Of a DNA stretch of 64,000 bases, positions 28,161-39,042 are shown one piece after another. Both the position numbers and the translations under genes were made by a program. The number at the start of each line of letters is the position of its first letter. Positions within the stretch are counted from its first letter, which is position 1. Source of the stretch: Alphaproteobacteria bacterium (lineage in GTDB: Bacteria; Pseudomonadota; Alphaproteobacteria; Bin95). Location: the NCBI GenBank assembly GCA_964291285.2, contig OZ219785.1:608001-672000 (forward strand), in the 5' to 3' direction. Under the pieces are notes generated by a model, which saw only the letters and a list, made by a program, of their open reading frames with translations, made no database searches and was not told the origin of the DNA.

Positions 28161-29959
28161 CACCCCCTTCCGCGAATGCACCCACCATCCTCGCGATTTT
28201 AAGCGGAAAGGGAGGCGTCGGGAAAACCATGCTGGCCGCCGCCACTGCCTATGAGCTTTCTCGCGTCCAGCCTACACTAATTCTTGACCTCGACTTCTTC
28301 AATCGTGGTCTCTCCGGCTTGCTTCTCAACAATAGACTTGGAGACGAAGTCTCACCGCCGCTCTTCTTTGTCGACGACTCCGCCGCGCCATGGACGGTTT
28401 CGAAAGTAACCACCAATATTTACACCGTCTCGTTCCCCGATATACCCGACGCCATTTCTTCCCGCCTCTCTTCCATTTCCGTTAATTCTCTCGCTACCCA
28501 GCTCCACGATTGGATACTTGAGATAACACGTGCCACAGGCTGTCGTGCTGTCGTCTTAGACTGTCATGGTGGTCCGGATGCTCTTTCCTTTGCTGCCGCG
28601 ACAATCGCAAATAAATCTTTGCTGGTTTCGGAGCCAGATCGAATCACGATGTACGGAACACTTCACTTTTTACGAAAAATTTCAGAACTTTCCATTGATA
28701 TTACCAATGTTCATCTGGTGCTTAATAAAGTCATAGACTCATTCACGTCCAGATTTCTGTTAAATACCTATGATACTCATCTAAAGGATCGTTTCTGTGG
28801 CAAGCCTCTATTGGCTTTGTTTCCGTTGGAGGGGTACCTTACAAAGCATTTTGAGCATAGACCATTTGTTACGGCGGATTTTCCAGAATCAATACTGGCG
28901 CGCAAAACTCAAATAATGCTGGCTAACCTTCTGGCTAAAGATACATCAGAGCTTGTACCTGAGCGAGCACGGAATATGTATCAGCCAATAGCCTTCTTTT
29001 GGAAATTCTATATGGGGAGAACACCTAAAGTACTGCAGGTAGACTTTGCCATGATAGCAGGGTTTTTGGTTCTTTTGTTGCTTATTGCTGCGGAGATAGC
29101 TGCGAAGTTTGTGGGTATAGACGACGGCAGAAATGCGATATTATTGCCGATGGCAGCGAGCGTCCCTATTTGGGCATTATTCACTGGGCTATTATCTTGG
29201 ACTAAGCAGTTAGACCAGAAGATGACTCTGTTTTCAAGAAGGGGATATCGGATCTATTTTTTATGTTGTGCTGCAGGAATTTTTCTTATGTGGACGGCAC
29301 CTATAGAATTGGCGGCGTATGTGATTGCAAATATAGAGCCGTTAGATGAAGTGTTCAAGCCAATGAAGTATCTTTGGTATGTAATGTTCGTGGTCATGTT
29401 ATTTATCTGGGGAAGGCAGGTGTTTCGTGCCGAGGAGGACACCAAATATTCCTATCGCCAGATGGAACCGACAATTAGATTTGTGCTGGCATTGATTATC
29501 TTGGCCGGTGCGGCGAATGTTACTGTAGATCGGGGATTCCTCACAGATATGCTACTGAAGGATGGCAGCTATCGGAAATATGGATTTATCACATTGACAA
29601 AGAAGGAGGTTGAGGAGGGGGCGAAGAAGGCGGCGGAGTTGCAGATAGATGCCCCGTCCGTTTTCGGGAGGGTGGAAGATGGGACCAAATGGTACACGAT
29701 GAATATCGGGGAGGAGAAGAGGTACCTAATAGCCGTGAAGGCGGAGTTTGGGGACCCCCGGGTGGGATTATTTGGAGCGGACGAGGCCGATTATGAGTAT
29801 ATCGCACAAGATGACGATGGAGGAGTGCGTTTCGATTCGCGGCTTGAGGAGCAGTTGAAGGCGGGGACCTATTACGTAGGTGTTCGGGGGTTTCTTGGAC
29901 AGCCGGTTCGGTACTGGATAGGTATCGTCGGCGGATTGAGGGCGGTAACGGAGCAGTAG
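28157..29959 (+). CDS. MinD/ParA-family ATPase fused to multiple TM helices and a C-terminal PPC-like domain
   Basis: SGKGGVGKT, LDLD, LDCHGG, VLNKV; about 5 hydrophobic segments; AQDDDGG..DSRL...GTYYVGVRGF. Confidence 0.78.
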   Translation: MTPPSANAPTILAILSGKGGVGKTMLAAATAYELSRVQPTLILDLDFFNRGLSGLLLNNRLGDEVSPPLFFVDDSAAPWTVSKVTTNIYTVSFPDIPDAISSRLSSISVNSLATQLHDWILEITRATGCRAVVLDCHGGPDALSFAAATIANKSLLVSEPDRITMYGTLHFLRKISELSIDITNVHLVLNKVIDSFTSRFLLNTYDTHLKDRFCGKPLLALFPLEGYLTKHFEHRPFVTADFPESILARKTQIMLANLLAKDTSELVPERARNMYQPIAFFWKFYMGRTPKVLQVDFAMIAGFLVLLLLIAAEIAAKFVGIDDGRNAILLPMAASVPIWALFTGLLSWTKQLDQKMTLFSRRGYRIYFLCCAAGIFLMWTAPIELAAYVIANIEPLDEVFKPMKYLWYVMFVVMLFIWGRQVFRAEEDTKYSYRQMEPTIRFVLALIILAGAANVTVDRGFLTDMLLKDGSYRKYGFITLTKKEVEEGAKKAAELQIDAPSVFGRVEDGTKWYTMNIGEEKRYLIAVKAEFGDPRVGLFGADEADYEYIAQDDDGGVRFDSRLEEQLKAGTYYVGVRGFLGQPVRYWIGIVGGLRAVTEQ

Positions 29960-30198
29960 AACGATGTGGAATGTGAAGGGCGCGCTGCAGGAGGGCGTTA
30001 GGGGCCGTCCATAGAGCGACAGTTCGGGTCGTTGCTGCGAGGGGTGCCGGCGGTATAGTTTTGACCAGGTGGGGGCGCAGCGTTGGCTAGGGTAGAATTA
30101 CGGCGGCCCCTGGCGGCAAAGTAAGCGGAAGTCGGAGTGCATCGGGCAAACTTCGGCGGGTGCATGTTCCGGCATCTTCGCGATTGGGAGGTGCCTTA

Positions 30199-31050
30199 GG
30201 CAGAATCGACATTCATCGCATCCAGAGGATAGCAGAAGCGATGTGTATGAAGGCGAGGAAGTATATTGCTTTTCGGTCGTATCGGGTTGCGATGCGGCGG
30301 AAGTGTTTGATCTTGTTGAAGTAGCGCTCGATGCGGTTTCGGTGTTTGTAGATTTCGGCGTCATAGCCGATGAGACGCTTTCGCGTTGGATTGCAGGGGA
30401 TGACGGCCTCGGCCTCGATGTCGGCGATGCGGTTGCGGATGGCATTGGCGTCGTAAGCAGCGTCGGCGAGCACATGGCGGGGCCGAAACCCCTCCATCAA
30501 CGCCAGGGCCTTTGGCGCGTCGCCGGCCTGTCCGGGCGAGAGGATCACGCGGAGCGGTCGTCCGAGAGTGTCGCAGGCGATGTGTATTTTGGTCGTCAGT
30601 CCGCCTCTGGAACGCCCCAGAGCCTGATCCCGGCCCCCCCTTTTCCGGTCGCCGCCTGTTGATGCGCGCGCACGATGGTGCTGTCGAGCATGAGATAGCC
30701 ATTGTCGCGATCCGCCGTCAGGGTATCGAACACCCTCTCCCACACGCCCACTTTGGCCCAGCGTGTGAAACGCTTGTGCACCGACTTCCACTTCCCATAG
30801 CGCGGCGGCAGGTCGTGCCAGTGGGCGCCCGAACGAAGCACCCACAGAACCGCGTTGACGAACAACCGGTTGTCTGCTCCCGAACGCCCCGGATCGCCCG
30901 GCTTGCCCAGAAGCAGACCTTCGATGCGGACCCACTGCGCATCCGTCAGCTCATAGCGCTTCACCATACGCCCAACTCCAACCGAAAATCAGTTGGAGCG
31001 TCATGAATCACATAATGTCTTCCCAGGGAATCCTGTATGTCGATTGAACC
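30199..31050 (-). mobile_element. IS5 family element (two-ORF, programmed frameshift type)
   Basis: TIRs GGCAGAATCGACA / GGTTCAATCGACA, TA on both sides; slippery A4G8 run near 30633-30644. Confidence 0.92.
30213..30967 (-). CDS. IS5 family transposase (frameshift-joined orfA/orfB)
   Basis: ELTDAQW, LDSTIVRAHQ, GRSRGGLTTKIH, ADAAYD, IERYFNKIKHFRRIATRYD. Confidence 0.92.
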
Positions 31051-31144
31051 TAGGGCAGTTCGGTGCGAAAGAAGACGCCGCCTGCACGACCGCATCGTCT
31101 GCCGCGCCGAAGGGGGCGTGGACAAGAGAGAGGCTCCAGCCAAG

Positions 31145-31975
31145 ATGATCCGGGATGATCTCGACCATTACCGCGACAACGGCTTCATCCATCCCAGGCC
31201 CCTTCTGGCGCCTGCCGAGGCCGCCCGCTACCGCAAGGCGTGCGAGGCCTCCTGCGTCGAAGCCGGACGAAAGCCCTCCCGGCGCCAGCAGGACAACCGC
31301 GTCAAGCCCTACCTGCTGTTTCCCTGGGCGGCAGAGCTCGTGCGCCATCCGGGGCTGCTGGACATGGTGGAGGCGCTCATCGGCCCCGACATCCTGGTGT
31401 TCCACACCACGGTCTGGATCAAGGAAGGCGGCAGCGGGTCCTTCGTGCCCTGGCACCAGGACGGCACCTATTTCGGCCTTGAGCCGCTGGAGCAGGTGAC
31501 CGCCTGGGTGGCGCTGACCGAATCGACCAGGGAGATGGGGTGCCTCCGCTTCCTGCCGGGCTCCCACCGCGAGGGCCAGGTGCAGCACCGCGACCGTGAC
31601 GACGAGGCGCTCATGCTGTCGCGCGGCCAGACCGTCCAGCGCGCCGTGGACGAGGACAGCGCCGTCCATCTGGAGTTCGCGCCGGGCGAGGTTTCCTTCC
31701 ACCACACGATGGCCATGCACAGCTCCGGCCCCAACCGCTCGGCCCGGCGGCGCATCGGCATCGGCATCAGCTACATACCGGCCCATGTCCGCCATGTAAC
31801 GCCCGTTCGGCTCTCGGCTTCCCTGGTGCGCGGCCGGGACCGCTACGGCCATTTCGACCCGGAGCCGCGCCCCGAGCGGGACGGCGGGACGGCTGCCGAA
31901 GCCGTCCATGCCGACAGCCTCGACCGCTTCTGGCGCGCCTCGGAATACATCCCGGAGATGCAGGGCATCCACTGA
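31145..31975 (+). CDS. PhyH-family Fe(II)/2-oxoglutarate dioxygenase
   Basis: WHQD, VTAWVAL, GCLRFLPGSH, HSSGPNRS..RR. Confidence 0.9.
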   Translation: MIRDDLDHYRDNGFIHPRPLLAPAEAARYRKACEASCVEAGRKPSRRQQDNRVKPYLLFPWAAELVRHPGLLDMVEALIGPDILVFHTTVWIKEGGSGSFVPWHQDGTYFGLEPLEQVTAWVALTESTREMGCLRFLPGSHREGQVQHRDRDDEALMLSRGQTVQRAVDEDSAVHLEFAPGEVSFHHTMAMHSSGPNRSARRRIGIGISYIPAHVRHVTPVRLSASLVRGRDRYGHFDPEPRPERDGGTAAEAVHADSLDRFWRASEYIPEMQGIH

Positions 31976-32206
31976 AGGCCGGGGCGGGCCCGGAACGGTG
32001 AGAAGCGGGCAGGAGCCGGTCGCCGGCGGAAATTTGTTCGTGTTTTATGATTTATTTCTAGATTGGCACTTGACATATAGCGGATTGTGATATGATGGTC
32101 CCCAGGGAAGCGGTATCCGGAGCCGCGTCCCCGGGTGCTGCGCGGCCGAGCGGCGCCATTTTTGAAAACCTGCGAGAAGCCGACGGGAGAGCGACTGTGT
32201 TGTCGG

Positions 32207-33340
<1,134 letters not shown>

Positions 33341-33568
33341 TCAGGCGCGCGAGCCGCGCCGGCGCCGACACGCGCCCGCGCGGGATACGCGCGGAAAAGG
33401 GACCCGCTCCCGTCCGCAGAAGGAGGAACGATGAAACAACCGAGCCCTGCCGCCGGGACCTTTGCCGAAGCCTGGGCAGTGGACATGAACGCCGCGAAGC
33501 CGCAGGTGCCGGCGGGCGGAGCGTTATGCCCGGATGGATCACGGAACATGCCCTACACGCATGCAGAA

Positions 33569-33648
33569 CATGACATCTCATGACATTCCATGACACATGG
33601 CGAGGGAGGCCGGGCGCGCCTCATGACACAACATGACATATCATGACA
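33569..33648. repeat. Two triplet arrays of CATGACA at exact 10-bp periodicity
   Basis: Copies start at 33569, 33579, 33589 and 33622, 33632, 33642. Confidence 0.9.
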
Positions 33649-33699
33649 TGGCGCCGGAGCGGGCCGCCGCGGGGCTCCCGCGGGCCTGCCGGCGCGCGG

Positions 33700-33727
33700 T
33701 TGACAGGCCGGGCGGGCAGGGCAGAAT
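33700..33727 (+). promoter_or_regulatory. Putative sigma70 promoter of tRNA-Gly
   Basis: TTGACA-16 bp-CAGAAT, 11 bp before the tRNA. Confidence 0.55.
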
Positions 33728-33738
33728 GACGGGCGGAA

Positions 33739-33813
33739 GCGGGCGTAGCTCAGTGGTAGAGCATCGGCTTCCCAAGCCGAGTGCCGTGGGTTCGATCCCC
33801 ATCGCCCGCTCCA
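33739..33813 (+). tRNA. tRNA-Gly(CCC)
   Basis: Cloverleaf GCGGGCG/CGCCCGC acceptor, anticodon loop TT-CCC-AA, TTCGATC T-loop, U73, encoded CCA. Confidence 0.97.
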
Positions 33814-33839
33814 GCTTGACGCCGGCCCGGGGAGAGGCG

Positions 33840-34697
33840 ATGGAATATCGCGAAATCGAGGTTGCGCCGGTCGCAGGCGCGCTCGGGGCCGAAATCGGCG
33901 GCGTGGACATATCCGGGCCGCTGGCAAGCAGCGTTTTCGACGAAGTTCGCCGCGCTTTCCTCGAACACCGGGTGATTTTCTTTCGCAACCAGTCGCTCTC
34001 GCCCCGCTGCCAGCGCGACTTTGCCGCCCGCTTCGGCCCCTGCAACCGCTATCCCTTCGTGGCCGGGCTGGAGGAATGCCCGGAGGTGATCCCGATCATC
34101 AAGGAGCCGGAGGAGACCTTCAATTTCGGCGGCCTCTGGCATTCCGACACCACCTATCTGGAGAAGCCGCCGCTCGGCACCCTGCTCTACGCCGTCGAGA
34201 CGCCGCCGCATGGCGGCGACACGCTGTTCGCCAACACCAAGCTCGCCTATGACGCGCTCTCGGACGGCATGAAGGCGGCGCTTGCCGGGCTCCGGGGCCT
34301 CTCCAGCGCGAAGATCCGCTATGCGGAGGCCGGGCGGTCCGGACAATTCGCCAAATTCAAGGGCGCGATGACCGCAATCGGCCTCGACCGGGAAGAGACG
34401 CTGGAAGCCTGGCATCCGGTGGTCCGCACCCATCCCGACACCGGCGAGAAGGCGCTCTATCTCAACCGCGCCCACACGATGCGTTTCGAGGGCTGGACCG
34501 AGGCCGAGAGCCGGCCCTGGATAAACTGGCTCTGCGAGCATATCGCGCGGCCGGAATTCACCTGCCGGTTCCGCTGGGAGCCGGGCTCGGTCGCGCTCTG
34601 GGACAATCGCTGCACGCACCATTTCGCGCTCAACGACTATCACGGCCACCGCCGCCACATGCACCGCTGTACCATAGAGGGCGACCGGCCCTCCTGA
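33840..34697 (+). CDS. TauD/TfdA family dioxygenase
   Basis: GALGAEI.GVD, WHSDTTY, GGDTLFA, HPVVRTHP, WDNRCTHH. Confidence 0.93.
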   Translation: MEYREIEVAPVAGALGAEIGGVDISGPLASSVFDEVRRAFLEHRVIFFRNQSLSPRCQRDFAARFGPCNRYPFVAGLEECPEVIPIIKEPEETFNFGGLWHSDTTYLEKPPLGTLLYAVETPPHGGDTLFANTKLAYDALSDGMKAALAGLRGLSSAKIRYAEAGRSGQFAKFKGAMTAIGLDREETLEAWHPVVRTHPDTGEKALYLNRAHTMRFEGWTEAESRPWINWLCEHIARPEFTCRFRWEPGSVALWDNRCTHHFALNDYHGHRRHMHRCTIEGDRPS

Positions 34698-34731
34698 GGG
34701 TCCCTGCCCCGCCGTAACTTCCGGAGAGTCC

Positions 34732-35808
34732 ATGAACAGCAAGACCGCGCCCGGGGGCGGGCCGAAGATCGCCATCGTCTGCGCCGGCGCCGTCGGCGCC
34801 CATGTCGGCGGCCACCTGACCCGCGCCGGCTACGCGCCGATCCTGGTCGATTTCTGGCCGGAGCATGTGGACGCCATGCGCCGCGGCGGGCTGAAGCTCA
34901 CCGGCATGACGGAGGCCGAGTGCTTCACCCAGCCGGTCGAGGCCTGGCACATCGCCGAGCTGGAGCGGCTCTCGCGCGAGCGTCCGGTCGATATCGCCTT
35001 CGTGTGCGCCAAGTCCTACGACACGGTCTGGGCGACGGAGATGATCCGGCAATATCTGGCGCCGGACGGCTTCGTCGTGTCGCTCCAGAACGGCATCAAC
35101 GAGGAGCGGGTGGCCGGCGTGGTCGGCTGGGGCAAGACGATGGGCTCGATCGCGAGCCTGATCGCGGTGGAACTGCACGGCCCCGGCGAAGTGCGCCGCA
35201 ATGTGCAGATCGGCGGGGAGAGGCACACCGTCTTCCGCGTCGGCGAGCCGCACGGCCGGGTCACCGACCGCGCGCGGCTCGTCGCGGAGATGCTGGGCCA
35301 TGTGGACAGCGCGGTCGCCACGTCCAACCTCTGGGGCGAGCGCTGGTCGAAGCTGGTCATCAACTCCATGCGCAACCCGATGTCGGCGGCGACCGGCCTC
35401 GGCGGCAATGAGGCGGACCGGCTCGACTACACCCGCCGCCTCGCCATCCGCATCGCCGGCGAGGCGATCCGCATCGGGCTCGCGCACGGTTTCACACTGG
35501 AGAAGCTCTACGGCATGGAGCCGGAGCGCGTCGCCGAGGCGGCGGAGGGCAGCAATGAGGCGATGGCCGAGATCGAGCAGGTGCTGGAGCGCAACGCACA
35601 GGGCCGTTCGGGCGGCCAGCGCCCCTCCATGGGCCAGGACATCCAGAAGGGCCGTCGCACGGAGATCGACTTCATCAACGGGCTGGTGGTGGATTATGCC
35701 GAACGCCTCGGCCTTCCCGCCGACGCCAACCGCGCCATCGTCGAGGTGGTGAAGCGCGTGGAACGCAAGGAAATCGCCCCCGCCCCGGAAAATGTCCGGC
35801 ATATCTGA
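34732..35808 (+). CDS. Ketopantoate reductase (PanE/ApbA) family protein
   Basis: AGAVG, KSYD, LQNG, WSKL, SMGQDI..GR.TEID.ING. Confidence 0.88.
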   Translation: MNSKTAPGGGPKIAIVCAGAVGAHVGGHLTRAGYAPILVDFWPEHVDAMRRGGLKLTGMTEAECFTQPVEAWHIAELERLSRERPVDIAFVCAKSYDTVWATEMIRQYLAPDGFVVSLQNGINEERVAGVVGWGKTMGSIASLIAVELHGPGEVRRNVQIGGERHTVFRVGEPHGRVTDRARLVAEMLGHVDSAVATSNLWGERWSKLVINSMRNPMSAATGLGGNEADRLDYTRRLAIRIAGEAIRIGLAHGFTLEKLYGMEPERVAEAAEGSNEAMAEIEQVLERNAQGRSGGQRPSMGQDIQKGRRTEIDFINGLVVDYAERLGLPADANRAIVEVVKRVERKEIAPAPENVRHI

Positions 35809-35843
35809 GGGATAGGCTGGGCGAAAGGGAGGAACCGCCTGTC

Positions 35844-37358
35844 ATGCCGGACAGCGAGAATATCGTTCAAGGCGGGCTGACCTGGAACATCCTGAAACAG
35901 GTGTTCCCGGTGGCGGCGTCGCTCAGGCGCGAGCATTGGGACCTGCTGGCCGGAACCGGAATCGCGGAGACGCAAAGGAATGACGACGAACTGTTCTACG
36001 AGGCGCTGTTGCACAAATTCCGGCGCGATGGAGGATTCGCGGTCGAGCTCGACCGGAGGTTTCTCGGGTCGAAAAAGAAGAAGGACAGGGAAAAAGCCTT
36101 CACCTATCGCGCAAGCCGGTGGCTGACCCAGACGATTCCCGAATTGCTCTCTTATGACGACATACTCGACGCGCCTGTCGACCTGTTCGGCGACGCTACC
36201 GCCGAGCGGGACCTGCGCGACATCATCGTGGACATGCGCCGGGTCGAAAGAGAAGCAAAGGCCCGCCTCGCGCCGCTTGCCGAAGAACGATGGAAATCGG
36301 CCGGCGCGGAACTGCGCGGCCTTCTGGGCGAGCTGGACCGCCCGACGCCGGACGCGGTCGAACGGATAGAGGCCGCCGCCGAGGCGCTTTTGGAGGCCGG
36401 CAGGGAAGTCCGGAAACAGGCTGCGGAACTGGAGCGAAGCCGCACCGATATCCGGATCCTGCTTGAGGCTCTTCCCGACCTGGGCCGCGCCGCCGAGACA
36501 CTGGAGCGCCTCGAAGCGCTCGGGGCCGCGCAATTGGCGGAGCTGGCCGAAATCGCACACGAAGCCCGCATGCCGGTCGATGCGCTGGCCGAGGCGGAAA
36601 CAGGGCTGGCGGCAAAGGAGAAGGAGTTCGAAAGGCAGAGGGCCGAGGGCGCGCCCTGGTCGGCAATCGCGAGGCAGGCGGAGGCCCTGGCGGAACTCGA
36701 AGAGGAAAGGAGCCGCCAGCTTGCAGCGGTGGAGGCCGTGCTGGCCCGGATGGCGACAGCCTCGGCGGCTGCGGAAACCGGGCCGCCTCCCGCGCGCGAC
36801 CGTCCGAAAACCCGAAGCCGCCGCAAGGTTCCGGCTGCGGGCCGCGCTGCGGAGCCCGCGGACGGGGACCGCCCGGCCAGCGGTGCGGCGGAAGACGGGG
36901 CGGTTGAGCCTGCGGGGAAAACCGGCCTCCCGCCGCCCGCGTCCTGGGACGGGTTCGCCGACTGGTGCGGCAAGCATCTGGGCGGTCGTCTTGCCCTGTC
37001 GCCGCGCGCCTGCAGCTCGATCAAGAAGGCGCGATACGAAGATGTCGAGCTTGCGGCGCAATGCCTGGCATGGCTGGCCGGCGACTATCGCCGGTCGCGG
37101 CTGGAGGGCGCGGGCAACAGTCTGCAGGGTCCGGTCCCGGCCGGGTCCGGCGTCCGTAACGACAGATGCGGCGGTGATTCGTTCGAGTTCGACTGGCAGG
37201 GGAAGCGGTTGCAGGCCGACTGGCATATCAAGAGCGGCGGCAATACCCGCGATCCTGCACGGTGCCTGCGCATCTACTATTGCTGGCACGAAGACGACAG
37301 CGGCGGGCAGGTCGTCGTCGCAGACATGCCGGCCCATGTGCGAAGCCGCGCAACCTGA
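35844..37358 (+). CDS. Hypothetical coiled-coil protein with putative RelE-like C-terminal domain
   Basis: GGAGG RBS; coiled-coil middle; C-terminal WHIKSGGNTRDPARCLRIYYCW..VVVADMPAH. Confidence 0.6.
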   Translation: MPDSENIVQGGLTWNILKQVFPVAASLRREHWDLLAGTGIAETQRNDDELFYEALLHKFRRDGGFAVELDRRFLGSKKKKDREKAFTYRASRWLTQTIPELLSYDDILDAPVDLFGDATAERDLRDIIVDMRRVEREAKARLAPLAEERWKSAGAELRGLLGELDRPTPDAVERIEAAAEALLEAGREVRKQAAELERSRTDIRILLEALPDLGRAAETLERLEALGAAQLAELAEIAHEARMPVDALAEAETGLAAKEKEFERQRAEGAPWSAIARQAEALAELEEERSRQLAAVEAVLARMATASAAAETGPPPARDRPKTRSRRKVPAAGRAAEPADGDRPASGAAEDGAVEPAGKTGLPPPASWDGFADWCGKHLGGRLALSPRACSSIKKARYEDVELAAQCLAWLAGDYRRSRLEGAGNSLQGPVPAGSGVRNDRCGGDSFEFDWQGKRLQADWHIKSGGNTRDPARCLRIYYCWHEDDSGGQVVVADMPAHVRSRAT

Positions 37359-37376
37359 ACGCAGCCCCGGGGCCGC

Positions 37377-38033
37377 TCACAGCCTCCGGAGGCGCTCGAA
37401 GCGATGCAGCATGAAGGCCGTGCCGAGCGCGGGGGCTGCGAGGTTGACGAGCGGCACGGTCATCAGCCAGGCGATGACGATGCCTGAGAGCCATATCCGG
37501 TAGCGGTAGCGGCGGCGAAGCGCGCGTGCGGCCTCCGGGCCGAACCGGCGGAGCGCGGCCGCCTCGAAATACTCCCGCCCGCAGAGCCAGCCGTTCAGGA
37601 GCCAGAACAACAGGAGCCCCAAGGGGGGCACGAACAGCCAGACCGGCAGCAGCAGGAGGTTGATGCCGAGCGCGGCCCCGGCGAAGAAGGCGGTCTGCCG
37701 GAGCGTTTCGCCCCAGCCCTGCGCCCCGGGCGGCCCGAGACCCGGATAGTGGCGGGCTTCGACGGCGCTTGCGGCGCGCTCCAGGAACAGGCCCTGCAAG
37801 GCGGCGGCCGCGGCCGGGAAGAGCATCGCGCCCGCCGCCAGCGCCGCCGCGCCTCCGGCAAGCCCCGCCGCGACGTCGAGCCAGCCGACGCCGGTGAGTC
37901 CGCCAAGCGCCCATCCGGCGCCTGCCGCGAGCGCGGCCAGCAGCAGCGCGGCGAGCAGGCAGGACAGCAGCACCACGCGGCGGAAGCGCCGGTCGGAAAG
38001 TTGCACGAAAGCCTTGAAGAGGTCGGCGATCAA
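37377..38033 (-). CDS. EI24/CysZ-like membrane protein
   Basis: Hydrophobic; VEARHYP, NGWLCGREYFE, VPLVNLAAP; TTG start overlapping the upstream stop. Confidence 0.82.
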   Translation of the reverse strand: MIADLFKAFVQLSDRRFRRVVLLSCLLAALLLAALAAGAGWALGGLTGVGWLDVAAGLAGGAAALAAGAMLFPAAAAALQGLFLERAASAVEARHYPGLGPPGAQGWGETLRQTAFFAGAALGINLLLLPVWLFVPPLGLLLFWLLNGWLCGREYFEAAALRRFGPEAARALRRRYRYRIWLSGIVIAWLMTVPLVNLAAPALGTAFMLHRFERLRRL

Positions 38034-38397
38034 GGTGCAGCGTCTTCCTCGAAGCCGTAGGCGCGGGCGAGAAGCCGGACCGGGTGCTCGACCGTCCGGG
38101 CCGGGGCGCCGGGAGCGAGCCGCTCCATGCCCTGCGCGATATGCAGCGCGGCGAGCGGGCATTCGGAGACCACATGACCGCCCGCCTCCAGCGCCCGCTG
38201 CGCGGTCGGGCGACCGAGGCGGAGCGCGATCTCGAAATTGTCCTTGAGGCAGCCCCGGAAGCCGCCATGGCCGGAGCAGCGCTCGATGACCTCGACGGCC
38301 GTGTCGGGAATGAGCTCCAGGAGTTCGACTGCCTTGCGCCCCATGTTCTGGGCGCGGGCATGGCAGGGGATATGGACCACGACCGGCCCGTCGAGGC
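38030..38397 (-). pseudogene. Fe-S oxidoreductase (GlpC/CCG-domain) C-terminal remnant cut by IS21
   Basis: HIPCHARAQNMG, ERCSGHGG, SECPLA, HPVRLLARAYG; upstream sequence replaced by the IS21 end. Confidence 0.82.
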
Positions 38398-39042
38398 TGT
38401 AGGTGACGGTCGTAAAAGGCGCTTATTTGCTGGCGTTGCGCGTTTTTGCGGGGCGTGATGATCGCAGTGATTGTGGTGCGGCGGTGTTTGTGACGGGGGC
38501 CTGGGACGGAAGGAGGGCGTAGCCCGACTGGAGTCGCCGGCCCCCGTCGCGTTGATATTTTCGCCTGCCGAGGGGAGGGTGTCCTGGCGCTGTCGGCGGG
38601 GGTCGCCGGGCTGCGCGAGGGGGTAGACTGGGGCTGCTGAGAACGATGCGGCGCCGGCCCCGTTTGCTAGGTGGCAACGACCGGCGCCGCACCCCCCGAG
38701 CCATGCAAGGCACGGCCCGTATGCGCAGTATCGTAGGCGTTCGGGCGTGGGTCCACCCCGTTCTCATCGGTCTTTGCGATGAGGAACGCCGCCCGCCTGT
38801 TCACCTGCGCTTCGTGCCATCGCCAGGTTGTGCTGTGCCGGCGGTGCGACCACGGCAACATCTACTGCTCGCGTCCGTGCAGCGGCCGGGCGCGGCGGCG
38901 CTCGCTGCGCCTTGCCGGGCGTCGCTACCAGAACAGCCGGCGGGGCCGTCACAAGCATGCCGAACGCCAGCGGCGCTACCGCGAGCGCCGTCGCGTCCGT
39001 GCGCCTGAGGAGGGGCGCCGTGCGCAGAAAGTGACGCATCAC

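Larger units (their letters stand above)
27436..31142. mobile_element. Low-GC island bounded by ~65-bp direct repeats of the pdxH 3' end
   Basis: 27436-27502 is repeated, degenerately, at 31078-31142; interior is AT-rich. Confidence 0.8.

Noticed and set aside
33569-33648. CATGACA arrays as CRISPR
   Set aside because: 7-bp units with 3-bp spacers are far too short
33739-33813. tRNA-Gly as prophage/ICE att site
   Set aside because: No duplicated tRNA 3' end or integrase seen; tauD-like gene follows immediately
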